Assembly: GCA_016748015.1 (NCBI GenBank)
Contig: JAAOMT010000768.1
Location: 30,079 to 94,078 of the forward strand
Length of the DNA: 64,000 nucleotides
Origin: Geosiphon pyriformis uo1
Taxonomy: Eukaryota > Fungi > Glomeromycota
Direction of reading: 5' to 3'
Below are positions 1 through 11,300 of this stretch, piece after piece. A program made the translations under genes and the position numbers. The notes below the pieces were generated by a model. It had not been told where the DNA came from and made no database searches. It saw nothing but the letters and a program-made list of their open reading frames with translations. Every line of letters begins with the position of its first letter. Within the stretch, counting starts at the first letter, position 1.

Positions 1-1320
1 ACTTATTCGGTTTTCAAGAATAGAAAATTTTTGGTTACCCAAAAGCCCTATTCAACAACAAGAACCACTTCAAACTAGCACTAGTCTTCTTGACTTCTCA
101 ACAGAAAATCAAAGTGAACATTTTGAGACAGCCATTCATGACGAAAACAATTCTGAATCCTCCGAAGAAGAAGAATCAATCCACAGTGAAAGTGAAGAAG
201 ACGAAATGACAGCTTATATTGCAAAAATCCCCGAATTTAATGGAGAAGATATTAAGACCAGTCCCCAAGAATGGCTCAACCAAGTTACTAAAGCTGGAGA
301 TGCAAATGGATGAAATGCTGCCAGAATATTAAGAACAATTCCCTACTTTCTTAAAGGAACAGCAGGCGAATGGTTCGAAAACTTGACCATCCCTTTTAAT
401 AACTGGACAGCTTTCAAAACTGCCTTCTTAGAACAGTTTACCAACAACAACACTTCTATCACTCTTCAGAATCACTTCTAAAATATCAAACAGGAGCCAT
501 CTGAATCTGTCATGACTTATATTGGAAAATTCAACAAACTTCTCAGATGAATTTGCCAACTTGAAACTAATGATTATTATTCCGATGCTCAAATTTTAGA
601 TCAATTTATCACTGGGTTAAAGGATAAACTAATTAAAAAGATTCGTCTACATGCCCCAGAAGATTTAAACTCTGCCATTCAGCATGCAAAGAGATATGAA
701 ATGGCCATGGAAGAAGCCAATCGGACAAAACTTGTAAACTTAGCCATTGGAGAAACCAGCTCAGCAGCTGAGGAAAAAATTGACCAACTCACAAAAAAAG
801 TCAAAAACTATTTCACCAACCAACAACAACAACAATCCTAAAGATATCAACCATCTCAAAGACAAAATCAAAACAACTTCACATTATCTTCTAATAACCA
901 GCCTCAGAATTGCCATTACTGTGGAATTTCTGGCCACTAGAAAAGAGATTGCAGGAAACTACAAAGAGACCAACAAAACAGAAGCAATTAACATTACTCT
1001 TTGCCACAACAGTCTTATTATCAAACATCACCACCAGCTTACTATCTGCCAAGACCGCAATATCAAACCGACTACTATCAACCTGCTCCACAGCCAATAC
1101 AACAACAGTATTAACAACCCATTCAACATTACCAAGTACCTGCCCGAAGATTGGTTCAACAAAACCAATTTACATCACAAAGCCGATTTGCAATAAACAA
1201 CAACAGAATCAACCCAAATAACCAATTAGTTCCCCGAAATCCAGTTCAGCCAAGACCCACCCATTATCATACTCAGTCTAGCTATTTTAAAATACCTGAA
1301 AAACAGGATTTTCACCATAC
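1..1320 (+). pseudogene. gag: gag of A (capsid region, Q/N-rich region, zinc knuckle)
   Basis: KIPEFNGED..SPQEWL capsid start; CHYCGISGH*KRDC at 911-952; several stop codons. Confidence 0.9.
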
Positions 1321-1499
1321 TGCACTTTCGGAAGGTAGAGCTGCAGCACAACAAAACCCTTCCTATACTCCTACTACAATCCCACCAGCCAAAATTGCTG
1401 AAAATGCCAACCTTTCAGATATATTCCCTTTTGAGTTCAAAACAAATGAGTTACCATTCCTGCTTAACAATGCAGCTGCCAACAAACAAAAAACAATCA

Positions 1500-1870
1500 C
1501 TGCTATGTACACTGAAGCAGAAATCAAAGGAAAGGCAATTTGCTTGATCCTAGATAGTGGATCCACTGGAAGCATCATCACATATCAATTGATGCAGCAG
1601 CTAAAGAAAAATGTTGACTGACCAGCTCAGACAATTATTGTCACTGCTGATGGCATGAAAAAGACTCCAGTAGGAGAAATTGACAACTTTTCATTCACAA
1701 TTAACGGAATTACCATTTCAGTCAAAGTTCTGGTCATGGATGTTCCCCAATACCAAGCTCTCGTCGGAAATGATTGGCTCTAAAAAGCCAATGCTAATCT
1801 GAATTGGGAGACACAAGAGTTAACAATCTCCTACCAAGGACAACACACCTGGGTACCTGCCACTTGTGGT
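1500..1870 (+). pseudogene. Aspartic protease of A
   Basis: LILDSGSTGSII active-site motif followed by ALVGNDWL. Confidence 0.9.
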
Positions 1871-2084
1871 ACATTCAACAAACACTCTGAAAAAGCCCCA
1901 GCTTTTGAATTTGAACTGGAAGAAGAAAAGCCCATCATTGAAACATTTATGGCACTTGAATCAACCTCCAATTGGGCTAATGAAACTGAACAACAGTATT
2001 TTTCAACAAACAATCCTCGTGAAACAAAAGAACCAGTAACACTTGGATGGAATGTCCCCTATGTAAAACCAGAACCACGGAAAC

Positions 2085-2720
2085 AATGCCCTTACATTCC
2101 ACTCAAATGCAAAAATTGCCACAAGAAACTCTCATCGATGGAAGCCTGCATTTCACCTGAAGAAGAATATGAAAATCATACTTGTTATTACTGCAAAACA
2201 TGTTACAGAGAACAATGGGGTCATCTAATAAAAAGAAGTAGAAAATGGAACAACATCCCTTGTTTGACTTGTGGAGATATGCTATCAGAAGAATGCAATT
2301 GGATTAATGTAGCAATAAAAGAAGAAGTCTGCAATCAAACCTGCCAATATGCTTTATCAATTTCAGAAAAAGTCAAAAGAGAAACCTCTTTCGATGCTGC
2401 TTACAACAGTGCTCTTAACAAACTGTACTATTACCCTCACAATGCCAAAATGATTTTCGATCTAGCAATAGCTTTAATCAATGGAGCCACTCAAGAAAAT
2501 GTTCATCAAATAAAAGAATCAGAATACATTGTATACACTTTTGAAATTGCTGGATACAACTACGAAGATGAAGTAGAAGTATATCACCAAATTGCCAGTC
2601 ACACTTATCCAACCAAAGAAGCTCAAGCTTAACAGCTAGAGCAAATGAATGTTAAATTGTGTGAAAAATGCATAATGCCTTGTGATGAGCAATAGTGCCC
2701 TGAATGCTATGCTCTTAGCA
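2085..2720 (+). pseudogene. Cys-rich insert of unknown function between protease and dUTPase (A)
   Basis: CKNCHKK, CYYCKTC, CLTCG, VCNQTCQY and CEKCIMPCD..CPEC clusters. Also present in B and C; related clusters in F. Confidence 0.75.
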
Positions 2721-2865
2721 TTCCCCTACCCAGTGAAAACGATGAAAATGAGATTGAATTTGGAGAACCTGAAGCAACAGAAAAAATTGAGACAACACCC
2801 ATCTATCTCATCAAAAATTAGCCTGCCTTACAACTCAAATATTTCAACAACAATGGACAAGGAAT

Positions 2866-3259
2866 AAAACCTGAAAAAGCACATGAAATTAATGCTGGAT
2901 ATGACCTAAGATATCCAGACAAGGATACTCTTGTTCTTAAACCCAAATCTCTCACAAAAATTAATCTCAAAATTGCCCTCAAAATCCCACCAAGAGCAAT
3001 AGTTCAAATCACCTCTCAGTCCTTTCTGGCAAGCAAAAGAATCAATGTCAGAGGAGGAATAATTGATGCTGGATATACTGGAGACATCACAGTAATGCTT
3101 CAAAATAAAACTGACAAACCATTCAAGATCGAACATGCTGAAAAAATTGCCCAAGCTATTTACCTATCCCTAATCAACATTTTGGGTTTACAGTTAGTCA
3201 ATCAAAAAGAACAATTGGGAAAAAGCGAAAGAAGAACACAAGGTTTTGGTTCAACTGGA
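2866..3259 (+). pseudogene. dut: dUTPase domain of A
   Basis: Trimeric dUTPase motifs AGYDL, GGIIDAGYTG, EKIAQ and R.TQGFGSTG; motif 2 is decayed. Confidence 0.9.
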
Positions 3260-3759
3260 CAATTCACAGTTCCAGTAAACATAGCTCTTAATGAACAAAG
3301 TGAATCTTACCAGATTCTATGGCTTCCACAACCAATTACTATTTCACCCTTTGGAGAACATCTGGAAATCTACACCTGCCCAAAGCCAACAACCACACAA
3401 TAAATTTTTGAGTCCAATGAGCAAATCTGCTTGAAACATAATATCTTGATCCCAAACATTTATATTCCAGAAGAAACAAAAAAAGTTCGAGTTACTTTTT
3501 ACAATCCCAACAATTATCTCATAGTTTTATTAAATAACGTAAAAATTGGAGTCATTCACAATAACATCTTTCAACAAGAGTTACCCCAGACAGTTCTCAA
3601 TTTCTCGGAGATTATTGAACATTCACTATCAAAAAACAACCCAAACTCCAGCTCTGAAAACTACCATGTTGTTATGGAAAAACTATCTCGAATCAACATG
3701 GGACAACTTGAACCACAACAACAGAGCCAGCTCAAAGAGCTAATTGTAGAATTTGCCGA

Positions 3760-5100
3760 TATCTTTGCTGAAAACAACAATGACTTAGGAAGAACTGATT
3801 TGGTTCAACACCAAATCTATACAGAAGATGCCAAATCAAGACAACAACAAGCCTACTGAGTTGCTCCAAAAAGTCATCAATTTATCTAAGAAGAAGTACA
3901 ACGGATGCTTAACAATAGGCTTATTCAACCATTAATGAGCCCATGGGCCTCACCTGTGGTCTTAGTTAAAAAAAAAATGGAAAGATACAATTTTGTGTTA
4001 ATTATTAACAACTCAACAGTGTTACCATTGGAGATGCCTACTCTCTTCTCCAAATTGATGACATGTTGGATGCCCTTGGAAAGTCCAAATACTTTTCAAC
4101 ACTAGATCTAGAAAGTGGATACTGACAAGTTGCCATGGATCCCAAAGATCACCCCAAAACAGCTTTCACTACCCAAGAAGGAAATTACGAGTTCAACATA
4201 ATGCCTTTTGGATTATGCAATGCACCTGCAACATTTCAAAAACTCATGGATGTTGTATACAAAAGCCTTTTTCAGAAATCAGTAGTTGTCTATCTACATG
4301 ATATTGATGTTTATTTACCATCTTTTGAGTTACATTTAATTCACCTGCAAAAAGTTTTTCAATAATTACAGAAAGCAGGATTGAAACTGAACATTGAAAA
4401 ATGCTACTTTGGAAAAACAAGTCTGGTCTTTCTTGGTCACATTGTTAGCAAAGATGGAATTAAACCAGACCCTGGAAAAATCAGTACTGTCAAGAACTTC
4501 AAGACTCCACAAAATACCACAGAATTAAGAGGATTTATTGAATTAGCATCCTATTACCAAAAATTTATCAAAGGATTTTCAGAAATTGCAAAGCCTCTCA
4601 ACCAGCTCACTACTAAAAATGTCGAATACAAATAGACAGAAAAACACCAAAAAGCTTTTAAAATTCTCAAAGAAAAGTTAACAACAGCTCCAATTCTTGC
4701 CTACCCAGACTTCAGTAACCAATTTTGATTAGCTACAGACACTTCTTACACTGCCTTTAGTGCCATTTTATCACAATTAGATGACAATGGAAATGAGCGA
4801 ATAATCATTTATGCTAGCAGAACATTAAAACCAGCTGAGAAAAACTACTCTGTCATGAAACTAGAAACAGCAGCCATAATTTGGGCCTTGCATCACTTCA
4901 ACTTTTACCTCAAACCCAAAGAATTCGATATTATCACTGATAATATTGGACTTAAATGGCTTCAAAACAAAAACACTCAACTAAATGCAAAACAAACCTG
5001 ATGAACAGGATTTCTAGCCAACTACCGATACATTATACATCACAAACCAGGAAAACTTCACACCAACGTTGATTGTCTCTCAAGAATGAGGCAAGATTAG
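3760..5100 (+). pseudogene. pol: Reverse transcriptase and RNase H of A
   Basis: SPWASPVVLV, KTAFTT, MPFGLCNAPATFQ, YLHD (decayed YLDD), FLGHIVS, RNase H ..YASRTLKPAEKNY, NVDCLSR, then TAG at 5098-5100. Confidence 0.93.
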
Positions 5101-5149
5101 AATACAAAACCAACACCCATTTGAATTGACAGTAATAAAACAACAAACA

Positions 5150-6535
5150 ATAAACCCCAAAAACTACAATAATCTTAAACAATATTTGGAGACATTAACA
5201 ATCCCAACAGATTGGTCTCCAAATGAAAAACATCAATTACAACAACAAGCCAAACAATATTTTTTACACAACAACATTATTTATCATCGAAATTTCAAAA
5301 ACCCAGACAAATCATTCAGATTAATACAAGAACAGAAAAAAGAAACTATATTATACAACATGTATGCAGATCCTTCATCAGCATACTTTGGAAAAGACAG
5401 CACCACCTAAAGAACACTAGAATACTACTTTTGGCCTTGAATAAGAAAAGACATTCACGAATATGTCAAATCTTGTGATAGTTGTCAAAAAAGAGGAGAA
5501 ACATGTCCTACTGAACCATTAAATCCAATCAAAGTTGGACAACCCTTTAACCAAGTTGGTATCAATTTAGTTGGACTACTACCTATTACAAACCAAGAAA
5601 ACTGTTATATTGCAGTAGCTGTAGACTATCTCACTAAATGGCCTGAAGCCAGAGCCATTCAATGAGCAGATGCAAAATCAGTAGCAAACTTCATCTACAA
5701 AGACATCATTTGTAGACATGGATGCCCAATAGAACTTTTATCTGATCAAGGAACACATTTCGTGAACAATTTAATCCAGGAAATTTGTGAATAATTTAAT
5801 GTCAAGAGACCATTATCTTTGCCCTACCATCCACAAACAAATGGACTTGTAAAACATTTCAACAGAACATTGTGTGAATCATTAGCCAAAGTCTCAACCG
5901 ATTTTGATCAAGAATAGGATCTTTTTATTCCATCAGTGTTACTAGCATATAGAACACTAAAACAAGATACCACAAAACACACACTATTTGATTTAACCTA
6001 CGGAAGGACAGCAATATTACCAATTAGTTTCATAGCAGAAACATATCCAGTACAACCAATTAATAAAGACAACTTTCAGGAAACACTACAACGAAGAGCC
6101 TACATGCTGCTTAGCACATTGGAAGGAAAATGACAAATAGCAGCAACTCACATTAAACACTTCCAAACTCAACAAAAAGAATGGCATGACAACAAATTGC
6201 CACCAGTCACCAACAAATTTAAAGTTGGAAACAAGGTTCTCTTACATAGAACAAAGACTGAAAAACAATGAAATGGAAAATTTGAAAATAAATGAGATGG
6301 ACCATTCTTTATCCATGAAATCCTAGACAACGGATCATACAAGCTAAGACTTGATGACAAAATCCTAGCAAAAGTTGCACATGGAGATTGTTTGAAACAC
6401 TATAATTCCAGAAACAATCCTGAACCATTAATTCTACAAATTGGTACACATTTCCCTTTAATCAATCTTGAAGATATTCCTCAAAATTTAGAACCAATAA
6501 TTGTCATTGAACAACCTCTCAACTTGAACACTTAA
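5150..6535 (+). pseudogene. Integrase of A
   Basis: Zinc-finger remnant SCDSCQ, DYLTKWPEA, LSDQGTHF, YHPQTNGLV, GPF motif; no chromodomain. Confidence 0.92.
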
Positions 6536-6656
6536 ATTAAATTTATTATTACAGTTATCTCCTTATAATTTAAAAACAATCTCACAAAAACAAAACAAAA
6601 ATAACATAAAAACCCATACACCAAAAATAATTTTCTTTTATTTCAAATCTCTTATA

Positions 6657-7376
6657 ATGACTATTCCTCAAAACATTCAACAATTATCTCAAAAACTAAT
6701 GTTAGCTTTAAAAACAATGTCCGAATTATCCATTACTGTTACTAGAAACCACATTAATTATACTCAAACAAAAGTAGTTACAAATTTAGCCCCAAATTTA
6801 CAAAAATATCACCCATATAAGAAGAACACAAGAAGTTATTCTGGAATTCACCTGCTAGAACTTTTAAAGCTTGCTTTAAGAGAAAATTTAATGTTCACTC
6901 CTATTAATATTCCACCAAATACTACTATTCAACAAAAACTTCAACTGTGTCTTAATGAAGTAAACCACGACTATACTCCAATATATAGATATTTCTACAT
7001 TAGAAAAACACTTCACAAACAAAAACGGGAGCTTACAGCAGCAAACCTCACAAAAGAAGCTATTCAAAAACAACTCCACAACGAATTCAAAACAACAGCT
7101 GGACTTACAAACAGTCACTATAAACTAAGAGCTGCTCTTAGATTTTATGACCTATTTCACACTTGTGAAAACGTTCTACAAAACCCAATTTTACAATCTT
7201 TGAAAATTTGATACATTGGAAAGCTCACAGAACTGAAATTTCAACAATTTTTAGACCAAATTTCTTTAATAATTTTGGATTATTATCTAGAAATGATAGA
7301 CAGTACTTGGACTTCAATGGAGCTCAGTCTTAAGGAGGAGGTTATGTTACCAGACGAAATTAGAGATATTATTTAG
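6657..7376 (+). pseudogene. ORF3 of A (extra 3' ORF, ~239 codons, reads through the PPT into the LTR)
   Basis: 184-aa open frame, then TGA at 7209-7211 (probably CGA>TGA), then the same frame stays open to TAG at 7374-7376. Near-identical copy in C. Confidence 0.75.
7332..7344 (+). promoter_or_regulatory. Polypurine tract of A
   Basis: AAGGAGGAGGTTA immediately before the LTR start TGTTAC. Confidence 0.85.
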
Positions 7377-8326
7377 CATGAAATTATCTTTATAATTCTT
7401 ATCATTAATTAGCATATATTATCGTTTCAAATTATTACTTAGTATATTAGCAAAATGTCCGAAATTATCATTTAATTGATACCCAATTTGTACATAACAC
7501 AAATGTAACCAAATTGTAATAATCAATCATGCAATACCCCGAACTATGTAACATTCAAAAAGTTTGCTGAAATTTGTAAAAATTTGCCGAAATAATTGAT
7601 AGTTCACCAAAATATCTAATAGTTTGCAGAAATAACTTGTAGTTCGCCGAAATGTATCTTTAGTTCAGCGAAATTGTAGAAAATAGCAAAGTTCAAGTTT
7701 ATAAAATAGTGTTATGACAAGTTGTATAAAAGAAGAGCTTCTCTCTTCAAGAAAATGTATCTTACTTTAGATTTATCACTTAGAACTATTTCTACACACA
7801 CAAAAAGAAATAAATATCAAATAATTTGAAAAACCAAATTCTTTAATTATTACACTTAAAAAATCCCCAAAACCCAACTAATGTTTTGAAATTGATTAGC
7901 TACCAATTTCAATAAACTGTTAGTGACTCCAGGCCTGGATAGAAAACGTTTCTCTTGACAGAATTCTATTTCTTTTATATTTTTTTTATTTTTCTTTTTT
8001 TTTCTTATTACAATTATTAGGGTAGCCTACAGACGAAATTCCTGTAAAAGAGTTGACTTTCATAGCAAAGTAACTATACATTTTTAGTGAGCTTTCAGAC
8101 GAGCAATTCCTGGGAAAGAGTTGACATTTACTATAATGTAACTACATAAAAGCAACTGACAAGAAATTGGCCATTCCACTTATAAGCCCAGCAGTTCAAA
8201 TTATAGAAAATAATTTAAAGAGATAAATTCAGTTACTGGAGGTTCAATCACACCCAAAAAACGTGAATTTACAGCAAACAGGCATCAACAACATTCAAGA
8301 AAAGAGACCAAAAACCTCTAGTAACA
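7345..8326 (+). repeat. 3' LTR of A (982 bp)
   Basis: Ends TGTTACCAGA...TCTAGTAACA; homologous to 45730-46698, 54306-55288 and, inverted, 13479-14453. Confidence 0.95.
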
Positions 8327-11300
8327 GTGATTTGGCAATTTCTGAGAATCCTTTAATGAATTTCCAATAGTAGGAGACTAATCCTACAAATCCTTGTAGC
8401 TCTGTGGTATTTTTGGGTAATTGAAAGTTTTTAATAGTATTGATTGTTCCAGGATTTGGTTTGACTCCATCTTTGCTCAAAAAAGATTAAACTTGTTTTT
8501 CCAAAGTGACATTTCTTAATGTTTAACTTTAATCCTGTTTTCCGTAATTGTTGAAAAACTTCTTGCAGATAAATCAGATGAGCTTCAAAGCTTGGTGAGT
8601 ATATATTAGTGTCATTAAAATAGACAACTACTAATTGCCATAAAAGTTTTTCATATACAATATTCATGAGTTGCTGGAATGTTGCTGGTGCATTGCAGAG
8701 TTCAAAAAACATAACATTGAACTTATAGTTTCCTTCTTGAGTGGTAAATGCTGTTTTGGGTCAATCTTTTGGGTCCATTTTAACTTGTCAATATCCACTT
8801 TCCAAGTCTAAAGTTGAAAAGAACTTGGCTTTTCTTAAGACATCCAGCATATTATCAATTCTTGGAAGAGGGTAAACATCTCCAATTGTCACACTGTTGA
8901 GCTGACAATAATCTACACAGAATCTGATTTTTCTATTTTTCTTTTTAACAAAAACTACTGGTGAGGCCCAAGGACTTCTTGATAGTTGAATCAATCCATT
9001 ATTGAGCATTCTTTGGACCTCCTCTCTGATAAATTGGTGGCTAGCAGGTAGAACTTGATAGGCTTGTTGTTGTTTTAGTGGAGCATCTTCTGTGTGGATC
9101 TGATGTTGAACAATATCAGTTTTTCCAAGATTATTGTTGTTTTTTGCAAATATATCTGCAAATTCAGCTATTAGCTGTTTCAATTGCCTTTGTTGTTGGG
9201 GTTCTAAGAGACTCATGTTGATTTAAAAGAGTTTTTCTTCCAAAAAGTGGTAGTTTTCAGTAGTAAGAGTGATGTTTGGATTGAAAAGTAATGTATGTTT
9301 TATAATTTCGATAAAATTAGAGACAATTTAAGGGTTTTTATCTTGAAAAATATTGCTATGTATGATTCCAATCTCTAATTTATTCAATAAAACAATAGGA
9401 TAATTGTTGGGGTTGTAGAATATGACTCAAATTTTTTTCATTCCTTTGAGAATATAAACATTTGGAATTAAAATTTCATGCTTTAAACAGATTTGCTCAT
9501 TGGATTCAAAGATTTGTTGAGTAATAGTGAGTTTTGAGCAAGTGTAAATTTCATGATGTTCACCAAAAGATGAAATAGTAATTGGTTGGGAAAGTTGAAG
9601 AACCTGGTAAAATTTATTTTGTGCATTGAGAGCTATGTTTACTGACACTTTAAATCATCCAGTTGAACCAAAACCTTGCATTCCTTTTTCACTTTTTCTT
9701 AATTGTTTTCTATTGTTAACTGACTGTAGACTCGAAATGTTGATTAAGAGTAAATAAATTGCTTAAACAATTTTTTCAGCATGTTCAATCCTGAATGGTT
9801 TATTTGTTTCATTCTGCAACATAATGATAATGTCTCTAGTATATTCTGCATCTATGATTCCTCTTTTAACATTGATTTTTTTGCTTGCCAATAATGATTT
9901 GGATGCAATTTGAACCATTGCTCCAGGTGGGATTTCAAAAACAATTCTGAGATTAATTTTGGTTAAGAATTTTGGCTAAAGAACCAAAGTGTTTTTGCCA
10001 GAATATCTGAGATCATATTCTGCATCAATTTCGTGGGCTTTTTTTGGTTTTATTCCTTGTTCATTGTTGTCAAAGTATTTGAGTTATATAGCAGGCTGGT
10101 TTTCAGTAAAATAGATTGGTGTTGTTGTGATTTCTTTTTTTGTTTTTGGTTTTCCAAATTCGATTTTTTCCTGGTTATTTTTACTGGACAAAGGAATGCT
10201 AAGTGCATAGCATTTTGGACACCATTTGTTATCACAAGGCATGATGCATTCTTCACATAATTGAATGTTTATTTGCTCTAATTGTTAAATTTAAGCTTCT
10301 TGGGTTGGGTATGTATGGCTTGCAATTTGGTGATATGTTTCTACTTTATCTTTATAGTTAAATCTAGCTAATTCTATTGTGTATTCAATGTATTCAGCTT
10401 CTTTTATTTGGTGGACATCTTCTTGTGTGGCTTTATTGATTAAAGCTATTGCTAAGTCAAAGATTATTTCAGCATCATAAGGATAGTGGTAGAGTTTATT
10501 AAGAACACTGTTATATGCTGCATTAAATAGTGTTCCTTTTTTAACTTTTTCCGAAATTGATAGGGCATATTGGCAGGTTTGGTCACATACTTCTCTTCTC
10601 ATTGCAACATCAATCCAGTTGTATTCTTCTGGTAGCATATCTCTACATATGAGACAAAGAGTGTTGTCTCATTTTCTATTCCTTTTGGGATATCCAAATC
10701 GTTTTCTATGATATGCTTTGCAAAAGTAGCAGGTACAAGTTTCATATTTCTCTTCTGGAGAAATACATGCTCCCATTGATAAAAGTTTCTTGTTGCAATT
10801 TTTGTATTTGAGTGGGATATAAGGTGGTTGTTTCTGTGGTTCTGGTGTAGAATATCTAACTATATTCTATTCTCTGATTTCCTCAAAGATTTCTTGTTCT
10901 GTTTCTTCAGCCCAATTGGATGGTAATCCAAGAGCCATAAAGGTTTCAGTGGCTGGTAGTTCTTTTTTCTCTTCAAATTTGAATACTGGGGCTTTTTCAG
11001 TTTTCTTATTAAAAGTACCACAGGTGGCAGGTACTCTAGTGTATTGTCCTTGGTATGAAATCTTCAATTTCTGGATTTCCCAATCTAAGTTTGTATTGGT
11101 CTTAAAAAGCCAATCATTTTTGATGAAAGCTTGGTATTGGAGTGCATTCATAACTAGAACTTTGACTGGAATGGTGATTCCATCAATAGTGAATGGGAAA
11201 TTGTTGATTTCTCCTACTGGTGTCTTTTTCATATTATCTGCAGTGACAATTACAGTTTGGGCTGGTCTGTCAACAGTTTTTTAAAGCTGTTGCATTAATT

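Larger units (their letters stand above)
1..8326 (+). mobile_element. Ty3/Gypsy LTR retrotransposon A (family 1); 5' end lies upstream of the window
   Basis: Decayed gag with CCHC knuckle, protease LILDSGS, dUTPase, RT, RNase H, integrase, ORF3, PPT and 3' LTR. Colinear with element C. Confidence 0.95.

Noticed and set aside
311-313. TGA at Trp positions suggesting genetic code 4 (mitochondrial or Mollicute endosymbiont)
   Set aside because: Homologous codons are TAG or TGG in other copies, so these are G>A mutations. The intact intron-containing gene uses the standard code.
747-1221. Overlapping alternative-frame and antisense ORFs (747-1196, 891-1097, 910-1221 and similar ones across the TEs)
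   Set aside because: Shadow frames of low-complexity CAA-rich gag/pol sequence; no independent motifs.
6657-7211. ORF3 as env
   Set aside because: Too short, with no signal peptide, transmembrane segment or evident fusion-protein features.
7928-7939. Perfect palindrome TCCAGGCCTGGA in A's LTR
   Set aside because: Imperfect in B and in both C LTRs, and too short to support a function alone.
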